Below, one piece after another: positions 21,123 to 31,859 of a stretch of DNA of 32,559 nucleotides. The stretch is from positions 1 to 32,559 of the forward strand of contig NW_021829613.1 of NCBI RefSeq assembly GCF_006345805.1, given 5' to 3'. Every line of letters starts with the position of its first letter. Position 1 is the first letter of the stretch. The DNA is from Octopus sinensis (lineage: Eukaryota). Position numbers and translations under genes: made by a program. The notes beneath the pieces were generated by a model, which saw only the letters and a list, made by a program, of their open reading frames with translations, did no database searches and had not been told where the DNA came from.

Positions 21123-21164
21123 ACTGCTGACGAGTCTAGAATTAACAGGCGAAACTAGTCTAGT
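21123..21164 (+). ncRNA. Intact minimal type-I hammerhead ribozyme
   Basis: actg-CTGACGA(21127-21133)-gtct-agaattaac-aggc-GAAA(21151-21154)-CTAG-TC-tagt. Full core; 4-bp stems I and II, each with one G.U; palindromic ACUAGU stem III; GUC cleavage after 21160. Confidence 0.8.
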
Positions 21165-21891
21165 CCAATGGTTTTCCAGCTCTTCTCATGGGCCGGTTAT
21201 TTCCCCTGTCAGGGTATGTATATGTGCACTTATGCAGCTTTAAGGGTTTTAGCTCTTATTTCTATCAATATAAGCGCTGTTCAGCACCCTCTGTCACAAT
21301 CAGATATATGCGTATTCATATATGTATGTATATAAATGAATGTACAATATTATATATATATATACGTATGTGTGCGTGTGTGCGTGTGCGTATGCGTGTG
21401 CGTGTGTGCGTGTATGTGTATGTGAACCCTCATCGAGTACAACTTTCAAAACGATTCCAGCCTTATCCCGTGCTTTTTAGTGTTTCATTATCTTCGTCAC
21501 CATCACCATTATCTTCGTCCTCGTCGTTATCCTCCTCCTCCTCATCCTCATCCTCATCCTCATCCTCATCATCACCATCATCATTATCGTCATCGTGATC
21601 AGCATTCACTCTACCGCTCAACAATAACTACAACAACTTATATACGATGCTTTGTACCACCCCACAGGTTTTCCCTGGCTCTAGTCTATCTCTCAGATAC
21701 GGAACATTATGTCCATGTACATCTTTTTTTCAGAGACCAGAAAGAACATTTTCTGTCATTTTCTCATTCCGTCTGTGTCCAATAATCTTGCAAGAAAATT
21801 TTCCTGTTTCATCAGGGAAAGAAATCCATTTTCACCGTCTTGCTTATGAGAATGATATTAAACTTGCATATGTTTACAGGCCGAAACTTCT

Positions 21892-21929
<38 letters not shown>

Positions 21930-22343
21930 GAGAGAAAGAGAAAGAAAGAGAGACAGTGACAAAGACAGAGAGTGTGTAAGTGAGATAGATATGTAAATAT
22001 GTATGTTTCTATATGAGTATATACATCTATGTATATATGTATTGGTATGTGTGCATTTATATATGTATACATTTACGTAACACGTGAGTTTGAAGACCTG
22101 CAAACAGTAACGAAAGTTCTTACATTATCCAAAATATTTGTGTCATTCTCCTCCTTAAGATATTTTCTATATCATTGATTATTTGTAATTTAAGAAAGTC
22201 TTTCTTCTAATATTGTGCCTGTATTGAGAATTCCTTCCAAAAATATTTTTAAATATACATTTATATATCGGTATATATATATGTTTGCGTGTATGTATAT
22301 AGAAAGAGATAGAGAGATAGAGAGATTCGTATGTATGTGAGCT

Positions 22344-22382
<39 letters not shown>

Positions 22383-22405
22383 ATACACGTTTGTATGCAT
22401 GCTTA

Positions 22406-22440
<35 letters not shown>

Positions 22441-22875
22441 GTATATGTATACATGTACCTGTGTGTGCGAACATATACATGCATGTATATACATATACAC
22501 ATGAATATATATATATATACATCTATTCAAACATACAAGCATATTTATAAGGATACATATACATAGATACATTCATACATATATACACACTACTGTGCAA
22601 CTGCGTGAAGACAGCAAGTGTCTAAACATTGTTTACACCTTAACTTACGCCTCCCACTCTCACTCTCATACATATATATATATATATACACACACACACA
22701 TATATAAATACGCACATACAAAGATGCACCTACGTATAAACCTGTTAGAAAACGTACTCACAAATTTGCAACACAGCTTGCAAAACATATGGGTTGATCA
22801 ACCTGACATTTGTCGTACAATATTTATAAAAATGGAATTATATATGTTAATTGAGTATACACACACCCACACACC

Positions 22876-22922
<47 letters not shown>

Positions 22923-22933
22923 AACATATATAT

Positions 22934-22973
<40 letters not shown>

Positions 22974-22996
22974 TATATATAAACATATATATAAGC

Positions 22997-23056
<60 letters not shown>

Positions 23057-24029
23057 AAGCACTCACCAACACACACAAACATGTATTTTAGGTTGAAAAG
23101 AAGGACCTGATGCATTTCAAAGAGGGACAACAGCAAACACTGTGTTGGTCTTAATTTATATTTTGTATCAAGATAATATTTCTCCTTATTATTGATAACA
23201 TAATCTCATCCATTTGGAAAATCGTTGAACCGTCGGGCGTGAACTTTTCGAGTTTCAGAAGTAAAAAAACAAAACAAAACAAAAAGAAACACTTATTATC
23301 CTTTTTAACTTCTCCATAATTAATAAACTGTTTTTCCTCTAAATTATGATGAAGTGATCTGAATCGATGACAAATGGAAAAAGGTCAAGAGAGCAAGGAA
23401 GAAAAGGCAAAAACTTCTATGTTTAGTGCCATAATCTCCTCCTGAGTGACTAGGGAAATATCTGGTCTTGTATTATCGTGCTGTCTTGGGTAAAACTTTA
23501 AACCGCACCCACTTGATGGGTCTTGGTACGGGAGTTTTAGTGTTTTGAGGAGTGTGCGACAACCTCTTAACCACTATTATTCCCAGGTCTGCCCTGAGCC
23601 ATAGTAATAGCATCTCTTAGTGTCCCAGCCATGGGTTAACAACCCGCTTTACACTAGGCTACGTCTGCTCCGATAACCGGCAGTGGTTTGATCAGCGAAT
23701 CTTCTGATGCGGTCGACAATCAATGGCAAGATGAGCTGCTATGGATCACACTATCCCAAAGTGTGCATGCATGAGACCGGGAGCCACATATGAGTTTGTA
23801 TTCCCACTGAAGCTACGAACATGAACTCTATACCTTAACAATGAATGATGACAACAGCTACGGCGTCCGCGCTATCCAACGCGATCTTTCTCTCAGTGGA
23901 GCTTTTATCGAATCAGTAAATTGCATTTTGGGGCTGCTGGCAGATGCATTTCTTTGTCTGCTAGAACGTTAGGGCCAACCGTTGGATGTGGGCAGCACTC
24001 GTGAGGTAAAATGTAAAGTTACCTTCTGG

Positions 24030-24261
24030 AGTCATATCAACTCATAAGGGCCAGTTTTCCGGTTTTATGGCGTACATATTGCGCACATGGATGGGACACC
24101 AGTCCGTCTCTGGATCATTCATTTTTGCAAGCTGAGTGGACTGGGGCAACATGAAATGAGGTGTTATTTTGCTCAAGAACAACGCGTCACCGGTCCAAGA
24201 ATCGAAACCACAATCTTACGATCATGAATCCAACACCTTAACCACTAAGCCACGCGCTTCC
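24030..24261 (-). mobile_element. tRNA-derived SINE family C (diverged)
   Basis: Reverse-complement head ggaagcgcgtggcttagtggttaaggtgttggattcatgatcgtaagattgtggtttcgattc; shares ggacaccagtcc and ccggttt motifs with 28721-29035. Confidence 0.8.
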
Positions 24262-24929
24262 ATAGCATTCGTGAAGGACATGATGAACTCGACGGTCGTA
24301 GCCGACTCAACCCACCCTGGGTGAATGCCGCCGAAAATACAAGTAAGTTGCATTATCATGTAAGTACAGCTCTTTACAATTCACTAATGATGGACGCTTT
24401 CTTGTGCCAAATTTTGAGCATTGGTTCCAACTGAAGACGATACTTCGTCGCATTCACTCTTACATTTTGGCTTAACAATTCAGGTTAGGTTACATCCTTC
24501 AAAGCCCACCTAATACAGAGCTTAAATTGGTGGGGGGGGGGGCTGTTATGGTTCTGGTTTGAGGATTGTGTCTGCGTTTTCGTTGTGTGCTAACCATTGT
24601 CGTTTTCGATAAGTTCGGTAGCAAATCTACTCTTCAGTGACAAGCATAGAGCAACTCATTCGTTAAGCTGAAAAGGAGCAGTTAGTTGATGAGAGAACCA
24701 CTGACCATGCTTAGACATCTTTTCTTACTTCATGAAAGTATTTTATGATCGAAATGTGACTTGAATTTTTTGCTAATTCATTTGCAGTTTGCTTTCAATT
24801 TCCCTCGACTACGGTTTTCAGAAGTTCCATATTGACAGAAATTGGTCGAGTTATAACACATACGTATATATTTGAGTGTATGTATGTACATACATGTATA
24901 CACACTGACATAGAAGTTCACTTGTGTGG

Positions 24930-24960
<31 letters not shown>

Positions 24961-25695
24961 TGTGTGTGTGTGTGCAGTTCGATTTGGTTCCACATGATCA
25001 GACGATCAATAAATATTTTAAGATGACCTGAGGATTCCGAGAAAGAGACAATGCGAAGAAAGACGCCTGTGGCATGAACAAACGAAATCTGAATGCTGGC
25101 CAATTTTTTTTTTCCCTATAACAAATATAGATGCGTACTGAATGCGTTGGCTAATAAAAATATATTGACATATTTTAACAAAAGTTTCACAAAAGAATCC
25201 ACTGACAAAATCACCGCTGCTGTACGGAAATTATTGTAAGGGAAGCATTTAAAAAAATTCGGAGGTATACATACTCGGCGCGTAATTTGATCTGAGAACA
25301 CGTTTTGAAATTATAACAATTACTGTGTAGAAGACACATATTACTCGTAGGTATTTAATATCTTACAAAGACTGTTGACTTTACTTAAATAGTTATTATT
25401 TGGCGTCAAAATTTTCGTCGTGCCAACTGTGACCTGCTCATTGACACGTTTGGTGCGACAAAAACTCCGATAGCAAGTGTTTTAGACTGGTTAGTTTGTG
25501 TCTCCCACACTATAATTGATATTAAAAAATAATTTTTTTTAGGAATTTCAATACAATAAATTTATCGAAGCTACACGTATTCAAGGACTTATTCACCAAA
25601 AGAAAATTTATTGAATTTTAATTGACTTTCTTTCAAACACAAAATATTTTTTAAAGTTTTCATTTGATTCTAAGTCTTATTAATTATTACAATCT

Positions 25696-26118
25696 TATTC
25701 CTTTATTGCCTACAAGGGGCTAAACATAGAGGGGGCAAATAAGGACAGACAAAGGTATTAAGTCGATTATACCGACCCCAGTGCGTAACTGGTACTTAAT
25801 TCATCGACCCCGAAAGGATGAAAGGCAAAGTCGACCTCGGCGGAATTTGAACTCACAACGTAACGGCAGACGAAATACCTATTTCTTTACTACCCACAAA
25901 GGGCTAAACACAGAAGGGACAAACAAGGACAGACAAACGGATTAAGTCGATTATATCGATCCTAGTGCGTAAATGGTACTTATTTAATCGACCATGAAAA
26001 GATGAAAGGCAAAGTCGATCTCGGCGGAATTTGAACTCACAACGTAACGGCAGACGAAATACGGTTACGCATTTCGCCCAGCGTGCTTACGTTTCTGCCA
26101 GCTCGCTGCCTTGCGAGC
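25696..26118 (-). mobile_element. SINE family B with internal tandem duplication (two overlapping copies)
   Basis: 25696-25877 and ~25878-26110 repeat the same ggacagacaaa...gtcgatta...ggtactta...tcgacc...gatgaaaggcaaagtcga...ggcggaatttgaactcacaacgtaacggcagacgaaatac block. Confidence 0.9.
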
Positions 26119-26124
26119 CTGCCA

Positions 26125-26360
26125 GCTCGCAAGGCAGCGAGCTGGCAGAATTATTACGTTCTTGCAGAATCGTTAGCATGCCGGGGAAAATGCTTAGCTG
26201 CATTTCGTCCGTCTTTATGTTCTGAGTTCAAATTCAGCCGAGGTCGACTTTGCTTTACATCCTTTCGGGGTCGAGAGATTAAGTACCAGTGAAACAATGG
26301 GGTCGATGTAATCGACTAATCCCCCCCCTCCGAAATTTCAAGCTTTGTGCCTATTGTTGA
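26125..26360 (+). mobile_element. SINE family B, head-to-head with the preceding copy
   Basis: aaggcagcgagctggcagaa...gttagcatgccgggg...ttctgagttcaaattcagccgaggtcgactttg...tttcggggtcga...aagtaccagt. Confidence 0.9.
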
Positions 26361-26470
26361 AAGGATTATTAATTATTAAATAACATTGAGCATTAACTAA
26401 ATTCTTTTATTCGCTGCAAAATGTGTGTGGGCGGGGACACACACACAACACACACACACACACACACACA

Positions 26471-26630
26471 TACGGGTTCTCTAGGGAACTTGCCTCCCTT
26501 GTAGTCCTAAGATGAGTGCTTTATCGTGGCTAAGAGTTGTTTTGACTCTTATTTCTAGCAATGCTGGTGCTAAGTAGTACCCTTAGTCACTTTAGTGACG
26601 TCTATAGTTCTGCCTTTCGGTTGTAAATTG
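26471..26630 (+). repeat. 160-bp unclassified repeat, left member of an inverted pair with 31860-32019
   Basis: Six mismatches over 160 bp by manual alignment to the reverse complement of 31860-32019. Confidence 0.9.
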
Positions 26631-26641
26631 ATAATATTAAA

Positions 26642-27265
26642 CTCACACACACACACACAAACACACGTATGCATGAATGAATGGATGTATGTATGTATGT
26701 ATGTATATATGTATGTATGTGTGTATGTATGTATGTATGTATGTATGTATGTATACATATATACATACATGCATGCATAACTACATACATACATACATAC
26801 ATACATACACTCACACATACACACACACATACATACATACATACATACACTCACACACACACACATATATACATACATACATACATACATACATACATAC
26901 ACATATACATACACACATACATACATACACACATACACACATACATACATACACTCACACATACACACACACATACATACATACATGCATACACTCACAC
27001 ATACATACATACATACATACATACATACATACATACATACATACATACGTACATACATACATACATACATACATACATACGTACGTACATACATACATAC
27101 GTACATACATACATACATACATACATACATACATACATACATACGTACATACATACATACATACATACATACATACATACATTCATAATACATGCATACA
27201 TACATACATACATACATACACTCACACATACACATACATACATACATATGTGTGTGTATATGTAT
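26642..27265. repeat. ~620-bp (CATA)n/(TATG)n compound microsatellite
   Basis: Direct reading; it accounts for the HTYI/MYVC ORFs at 26570-27352. Confidence 0.95.
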
Positions 27266-27349
27266 GTTTTATTTCCGGATATCCGACAATGTCTGAATGA
27301 ATATCCTAGCTCTGTCTATTCTCCCCACTTCTCGTGTATTGTACACATT

Positions 27350-27391
27350 TAGTAGTAGTAGTAGTATTAGTAGTAGTAGTAGTATTAGTAT

Positions 27392-27436
<45 letters not shown>

Positions 27437-27465
27437 TAGTAGCAGCAGCAGCAGCAGTAGTGATA
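27350..27465. repeat. (GTA)n/(GCA)n microsatellite
   Basis: Direct reading. Confidence 0.95.
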
Positions 27466-27871
27466 GTAAAGACGGGGTTCTTGATAAACCAACTATTGCA
27501 TAAGGGTAAGCTATGATATCGCTTACTCGAAAAGTGTCTGAAGCACAGGAATCCTGCTCTCTCCCTCTCTCCCCCTCTCTCTGTTTCCCAACTGCTCACT
27601 CTCTCACTCTCTCCCTCTCTGTCTGTCTGTCTGTCTATCTTTCTCTCCGTCTCTCCATCGCCCTCTCTTTTTAAAGTATGCGCTCACACGCAAACACACA
27701 TATAGGAAAACGATGTCATGCACACACACACACGCACACACACGCACACACACACACACACACTGTGAGCTCTACTTCTACATAGTGACTTGATCTGCTA
27801 TAAATAGCAAGTAAATCCCCTTACCAGTGCCTTAACAAAGGAAACATTACTTATTGCAGAGCGTGGTTCTA

Positions 27872-27876
27872 TATGC

Positions 27877-27923
<47 letters not shown>

Positions 27924-27930
27924 TATATAT

Positions 27931-27981
<51 letters not shown>

Positions 27982-28113
27982 TACATATATATGTAATATA
28001 TATATATATATATATATATAATATAATATATATATACATATACATATACATATATATACATATATATATACATATATATTATATATATTATATATATATA
28101 TATATATATATTG

Positions 28114-28155
<42 letters not shown>

Positions 28156-28166
28156 ATATATATATA
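27872..28166. repeat. (TA)n-rich microsatellite
   Basis: Direct reading. Confidence 0.95.
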
Positions 28167-28720
28167 CAAAATGGGACAAGAACGCAAAACATTCAAATAG
28201 ACGATACAAAAAACACGGACGAAGCCTCTAATCTTCAGTCAAGAACCGGATCAACCACGCAATATAAAAGTTGGGATGGCCATGTCTGGCATGCTTTTGA
28301 TCGTAGGCCTGCTGACTGGATACTGATCAGGGATAAATAACCACACAACGCCAAAATTCAAGTGGTAGCATGCATCGTCGAGATGTGCGTGTGTGGGTCA
28401 GGTAAACTATATGAAATATGTAACAGCATTCTGTGCACTTACGTAAATGTAGATACACACACGTACACACAGACACACCGATACGTAATGCACGTACATA
28501 TGTATATGTATGTACGTGTGTGTGTGTGTATATGCGTATGTGTATGTATGTTGTGTGTATGTGTAGAGATAATATGGACTTTACTTCTAATTTCATATGT
28601 TTGTGTGTGTGTTTATATAGGTATGTGTATATGTCTGTATAAATATATATTATATGCATACATATTCACGCACACACACACGCGCGCACAGACACACACA
28701 CACACACATGCGGTAGAAAC

Positions 28721-29035
28721 ATTATTTATTTATGCGCCCTTTTCAAGCCTAGCCAGGCTCATGGCCCGGTTTCCCGGTTTCTGTGGTGTATGTGTTCCCC
28801 CCAGCTGGACAGGACACCAGTCCATCGCATCGCGTTACTCAAGAAACAGGAAGAGAGAGTGAGAGAAAGTTGTGGCGAAAGAGTACAACAGGGGTCACCA
28901 CTACCCCCTGATGGAGCCTCGTGGAACTTTAGGTGTTTTCTCTCAATAAACACACACAATGCCTGGTCTGGGAATTGAAACCGTAATCCTCCGACCGCGA
29001 GTCTGCTGCCCTAACCACTGGGCCATTGCGCCTCC
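28721..29035 (-). mobile_element. Full-length tRNA-derived SINE family C
   Basis: Reverse-complement head ggaggcgcaatggcccagtggttagggcagcagactcgcggtcggaggattacggtttcaattccc (A and B boxes); tail ...agaaaccgggaaaccgggccatgagcctggctaggcttgaaaagggcgcataaataa. Confidence 0.9.
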
Positions 29036-29059
29036 CTGTAGAAACATATATACACGTAT

Positions 29060-29127
29060 ATTTCGTTTGTCTGTCCTTGTTTGTCCCCTCTATGTTTAGC
29101 CCCTTGTGGGTAGTAAAGAAATAGATA
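29060..29127 (+). mobile_element. 3' tail fragment of SINE family B
   Basis: cgtttgtctgtccttgtttgtcccctctatgtttagccccttgtgggtagtaaagaaatag is the reverse complement of 32226-32287. Confidence 0.85.
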
Positions 29128-29350
29128 TATACACGTATATACACGTCCTGAGAAAACCTATCGTTTGGAAGATATGCGATTCATCCCGATTGAAAACATT
29201 GGATACACCAACTAGACAATCACTCATACACAAATAAGCCATAACACATAACACAGTTCTACGTACAAAGTCCATATGCGAACGTAGGAACAATATAGGG
29301 AAAACATTTAAAATAATAACAAATTTTGATTGGGTATAAAATATTTTGTT

Positions 29351-29690
29351 GAGGTGCGTAGCTTAGTGGTTAGGGTGTTGGACTCATGGTCATAAAATTG
29401 TGGTTTCTAGTCTTGAACAGAGCAATGCGTTGTGCTCTTGAACGAAACACTTCCTTTCTTGTTGTTATAGTCAGCTCAGCTGGTAAAATGAATAATCCTG
29501 CATCAAACCAGCGTCCCGTCCAGCGAGTAATGTATTCTCCACGGAGACCGGGAAACCGGGAAACCGGGAGACCGGGAAACCGGGAAACCGGGAAACCGGG
29601 AGACCGGGAAACCGGGAGACCGGGAAACCGGGAGACCGGGAAACCGGGAAACCGGGCTTATGATTCTGTGTGACATGGAAAGGATCTTTG
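29351..29690 (+). mobile_element. Diverged SINE family C carrying an expanded 8-bp minisatellite
   Basis: Head gaggtgcgtagcttagtggttagggtgttggactcatggtc; cagcgtcccgtccagc core; tail begins after the repeat with cttatgattctg. Confidence 0.75.
29545..29656 (+). repeat. (ARACCGGG)14 minisatellite
   Basis: 14 contiguous 8-bp units, each aaaccggg or agaccggg. Confidence 0.95.
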
Positions 29691-30012
29691 TCCTTCTTAT
29701 TTTATTGAACACTTTATTCGTTAATGCTTCTCGTTCAGTAAACGCCATCTTGCCGATTATTTAATTCGACATTATACACACGAGGAAATCTCTCCTGTTT
29801 TCTTTTATTACTCTTTTGGCAATTCAGCCTCGGCCAAGAAAAAGAGAATTGAAATATTTGACATCTTTATTGATACGTACGATGGAGAGCCATAGTGTAA
29901 CCTTTTGCCTAAAATTTCTTGCAGTTAGAAGTATTCACGCTAATGACAGATTCTTAATATGAGCAGCACAGGGACAAGTTTAAGAAGGTACTAACAAGGC
30001 TTTTATTGGGAA

Positions 30013-30376
30013 CTAGCAGTATAGCCCGGCGTTGCTCGGGTTTGTTTCGACCCTTTAGAATTGGAATTTTTAGAAAGTAAAAATTTTGCATTATGTAGCT
30101 TGATATTTTCTTTAAATGAACATTTTTCTAGTTGAAATACACCGATAAATGTCGACACAGCAACCAAACAATCATAAAAAATAGGGATTTTCATAGAAAA
30201 AAAGCACCTTTTTATGTAAATAAATTTTGGTCTTAACATGGTCCGATTTGAATTTTTTCTTCTACAGAAAGAAGAGCAAGCCTTCTTCTATCATACTCTC
30301 AAGTTTGGTCAACTTGCACTGCAGGGTCTCAAACCCGCCATACACACACAGACAACTTCAGCTTTATATATATAGA
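30013..30376 (-). mobile_element. Non-autonomous Helitron, copy 1 (intact termini)
   Basis: Minus strand begins A|TCtatatatataaagctg and ends cccgagcaacgccggg (hairpin)-ctatactg-CTAG|T: the canonical 5' TC, 3' hairpin + CTAG and A|T target, with no TSD. Confidence 0.85.
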
Positions 30377-30860
30377 TTAGGATTGCGTATTACTTGTGGA
30401 AACTAATGTTATTGACATTTGTTTAGAATTTACTATGACCCCAATGAAAAGTTATTTTATATAGGAGTTCTAATCATCCACCTTCTCATTTTACGTAATC
30501 CCTAACATTATCAAACGCAGACGATCTTTATCTGCCCATAAAACCATATTTTTAAGTACTTCTCACTATTATAAAGCAGCCCCATGAACAGCGGGTTCTC
30601 CGAGAAGATTCATGGTCTTGTTTTTCTGACTGAAATCGCAGGAACAGAAAGCAGGATGTTTTGTGGTATAACCTGGTGTTCTAGTTAAATGAGAAAAAAC
30701 ACAAACATTACAAAAGATTCTTCTGGTTAGTCTCATTTTATTTTCTGACGGAACAGATACAAAAAATCTTCAATAGCGATTGTATTTAAGTGAGCTATTT
30801 TACATGTAAAACTTCGCTAGTTCCATCAGCAGCTACAATGTTATAGGGTTTTTTTTTCAG

Positions 30861-31013
30861 CACAATTAATTCAAATCCTGTACCTACCTGTAACGGTGCC
30901 AATCAAGAAATTTACGCTTTGGATGGTAATTACTTGGCAAAGGCATTTGTAAATTTTCCATTGTATAATTCGCTTTTCGAAATCGATAGTTTATTGTGCG
31001 AAGGAATTTACAG
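30861..31013 (+). CDS. Candidate internal coding exon of an unidentified host gene (153 nt, phase 2-2)
   Basis: Acceptor gggtttttttttcag| at 30860 and donor tacag|gtaatg at 31014. Only one of the three frames is open: TINSNPVPTCNGANQEIYALDGNYLAKAFVNFPLYNSLFEIDSLLCEGIY. Non-repetitive sequence; protein family not recognised. Confidence 0.55.
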
Positions 31014-31122
31014 GTAATGATTCAGTTTCTATGGATTATACCGAGTTGATTTTTTGAAATTCTGTTTAGGTATAATCACCATAAATATACTTTCAGAACC
31101 CTGACAGATCTTTAGACGTAAA

Positions 31123-31502
31123 CTAGCAGCGTTGCTCGGGCTTGTTTCGACCCTTTAGAATTGGAACTTTTGAAAAGTAAAAACGTTGCATTATGTAGCT
31201 TGTTATTCGCTTTAAGTGAACATTTTTCTTGTTGAAATACACTGAAAAATGGCGACACAGCAACCAAAAAATCGTAAAAAATAGGGATTTTATAGAAAAA
31301 AAGCACCTTTTTGATGTAAATAATTTTTGGCCTTAACATGGTCCGATTTGAATTTTATCGTCTACGGAATGAAGAGCAAGCCTTCTTCTATCATACTCTC
31401 AATTTTGGTCAACTTGCGCCGCAGGGTCTCGGAGGAGATAGTGTTAGTTGGAGGCTACCAAACCTGCCATACACAGACAACTCCAGCTTATATATAGAGA
31501 GA
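31123..31502 (-). mobile_element. Non-autonomous Helitron, copy 2 (3' hairpin deleted)
   Basis: Colinear with 30013-30376. It lacks ccgggctata of the terminal hairpin (reads cccgagcaacg|ctgctag) and carries an extra ~28-nt segment (ggaggagatagtgttagttggaggctacc) absent from copy 1. The 5' TC could be at 31502 or 31498. Confidence 0.85.
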
Positions 31503-31859
31503 TTTATCGAAGTACATCGGATCTTTAAAACATAATATTAGAAACTACATTTGGAACGGATTATGACATGTGAAATATGATAATCAGTCCAAAGATAATT
31601 GGGATAGTTGTATTTAATAAATTTTTCTAAAGGAATCATTTAAACAACAGCTAAGCAACCGTTCGTACCTTTGATCTTTCTGCCGTTGTGTATCGAAATT
31701 CTTGTTAGAATATAAATATCATAATCAGGTTTAAGGCATTTATGACTTTTGTATTTCGGTGAAAAATATTCCTCCAAAAGGATTCTATCTTCAAAATTCG
31801 TTTTAAAAGTAATATCCTTTTGAAATATATATATATAAATAATAATGGTGGCTTATTCA

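Noticed and set aside
23480-24000. Moderately GC-rich unique stretch, possibly an old retroelement 5' region
   Set aside because: No recognisable protein motif or termini in the frames examined.
24265-24350. Possible exon ending at aaaatacaa|gtaagt (EGHDELDGRSRLNPPWVNAAENT)
   Set aside because: The only acceptor comes from an antisense SINE head and there is no independent support.
24425-24460. CTGAAGA followed by hairpin gacga-tact-tcgtc; also CTGATGA on the minus strand at 21815-21809
   Set aside because: Neither has a correctly placed GAAA and stem III; likely chance matches.
24585-24645. Minus-strand ttgtca-CTGAAGA-gtag..ctac...gaaaa-cgacaa
   Set aside because: Stem I and II candidates exist, but GAAA is displaced and there is no UH site; too degenerate to call.
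28168-28265. CTGAAGA on the minus strand (28238-28232) in a TA-adjacent fragment that may be another PLE terminus
   Set aside because: No stem II-GAAA-UH follows, so no hammerhead can be built.
29545-29656. CRISPR-like or coding (ETG/PGNR) interpretation of the 8-bp array
   Set aside because: No spacers, eukaryotic context, and it derives from a two-unit motif inside SINE family C.
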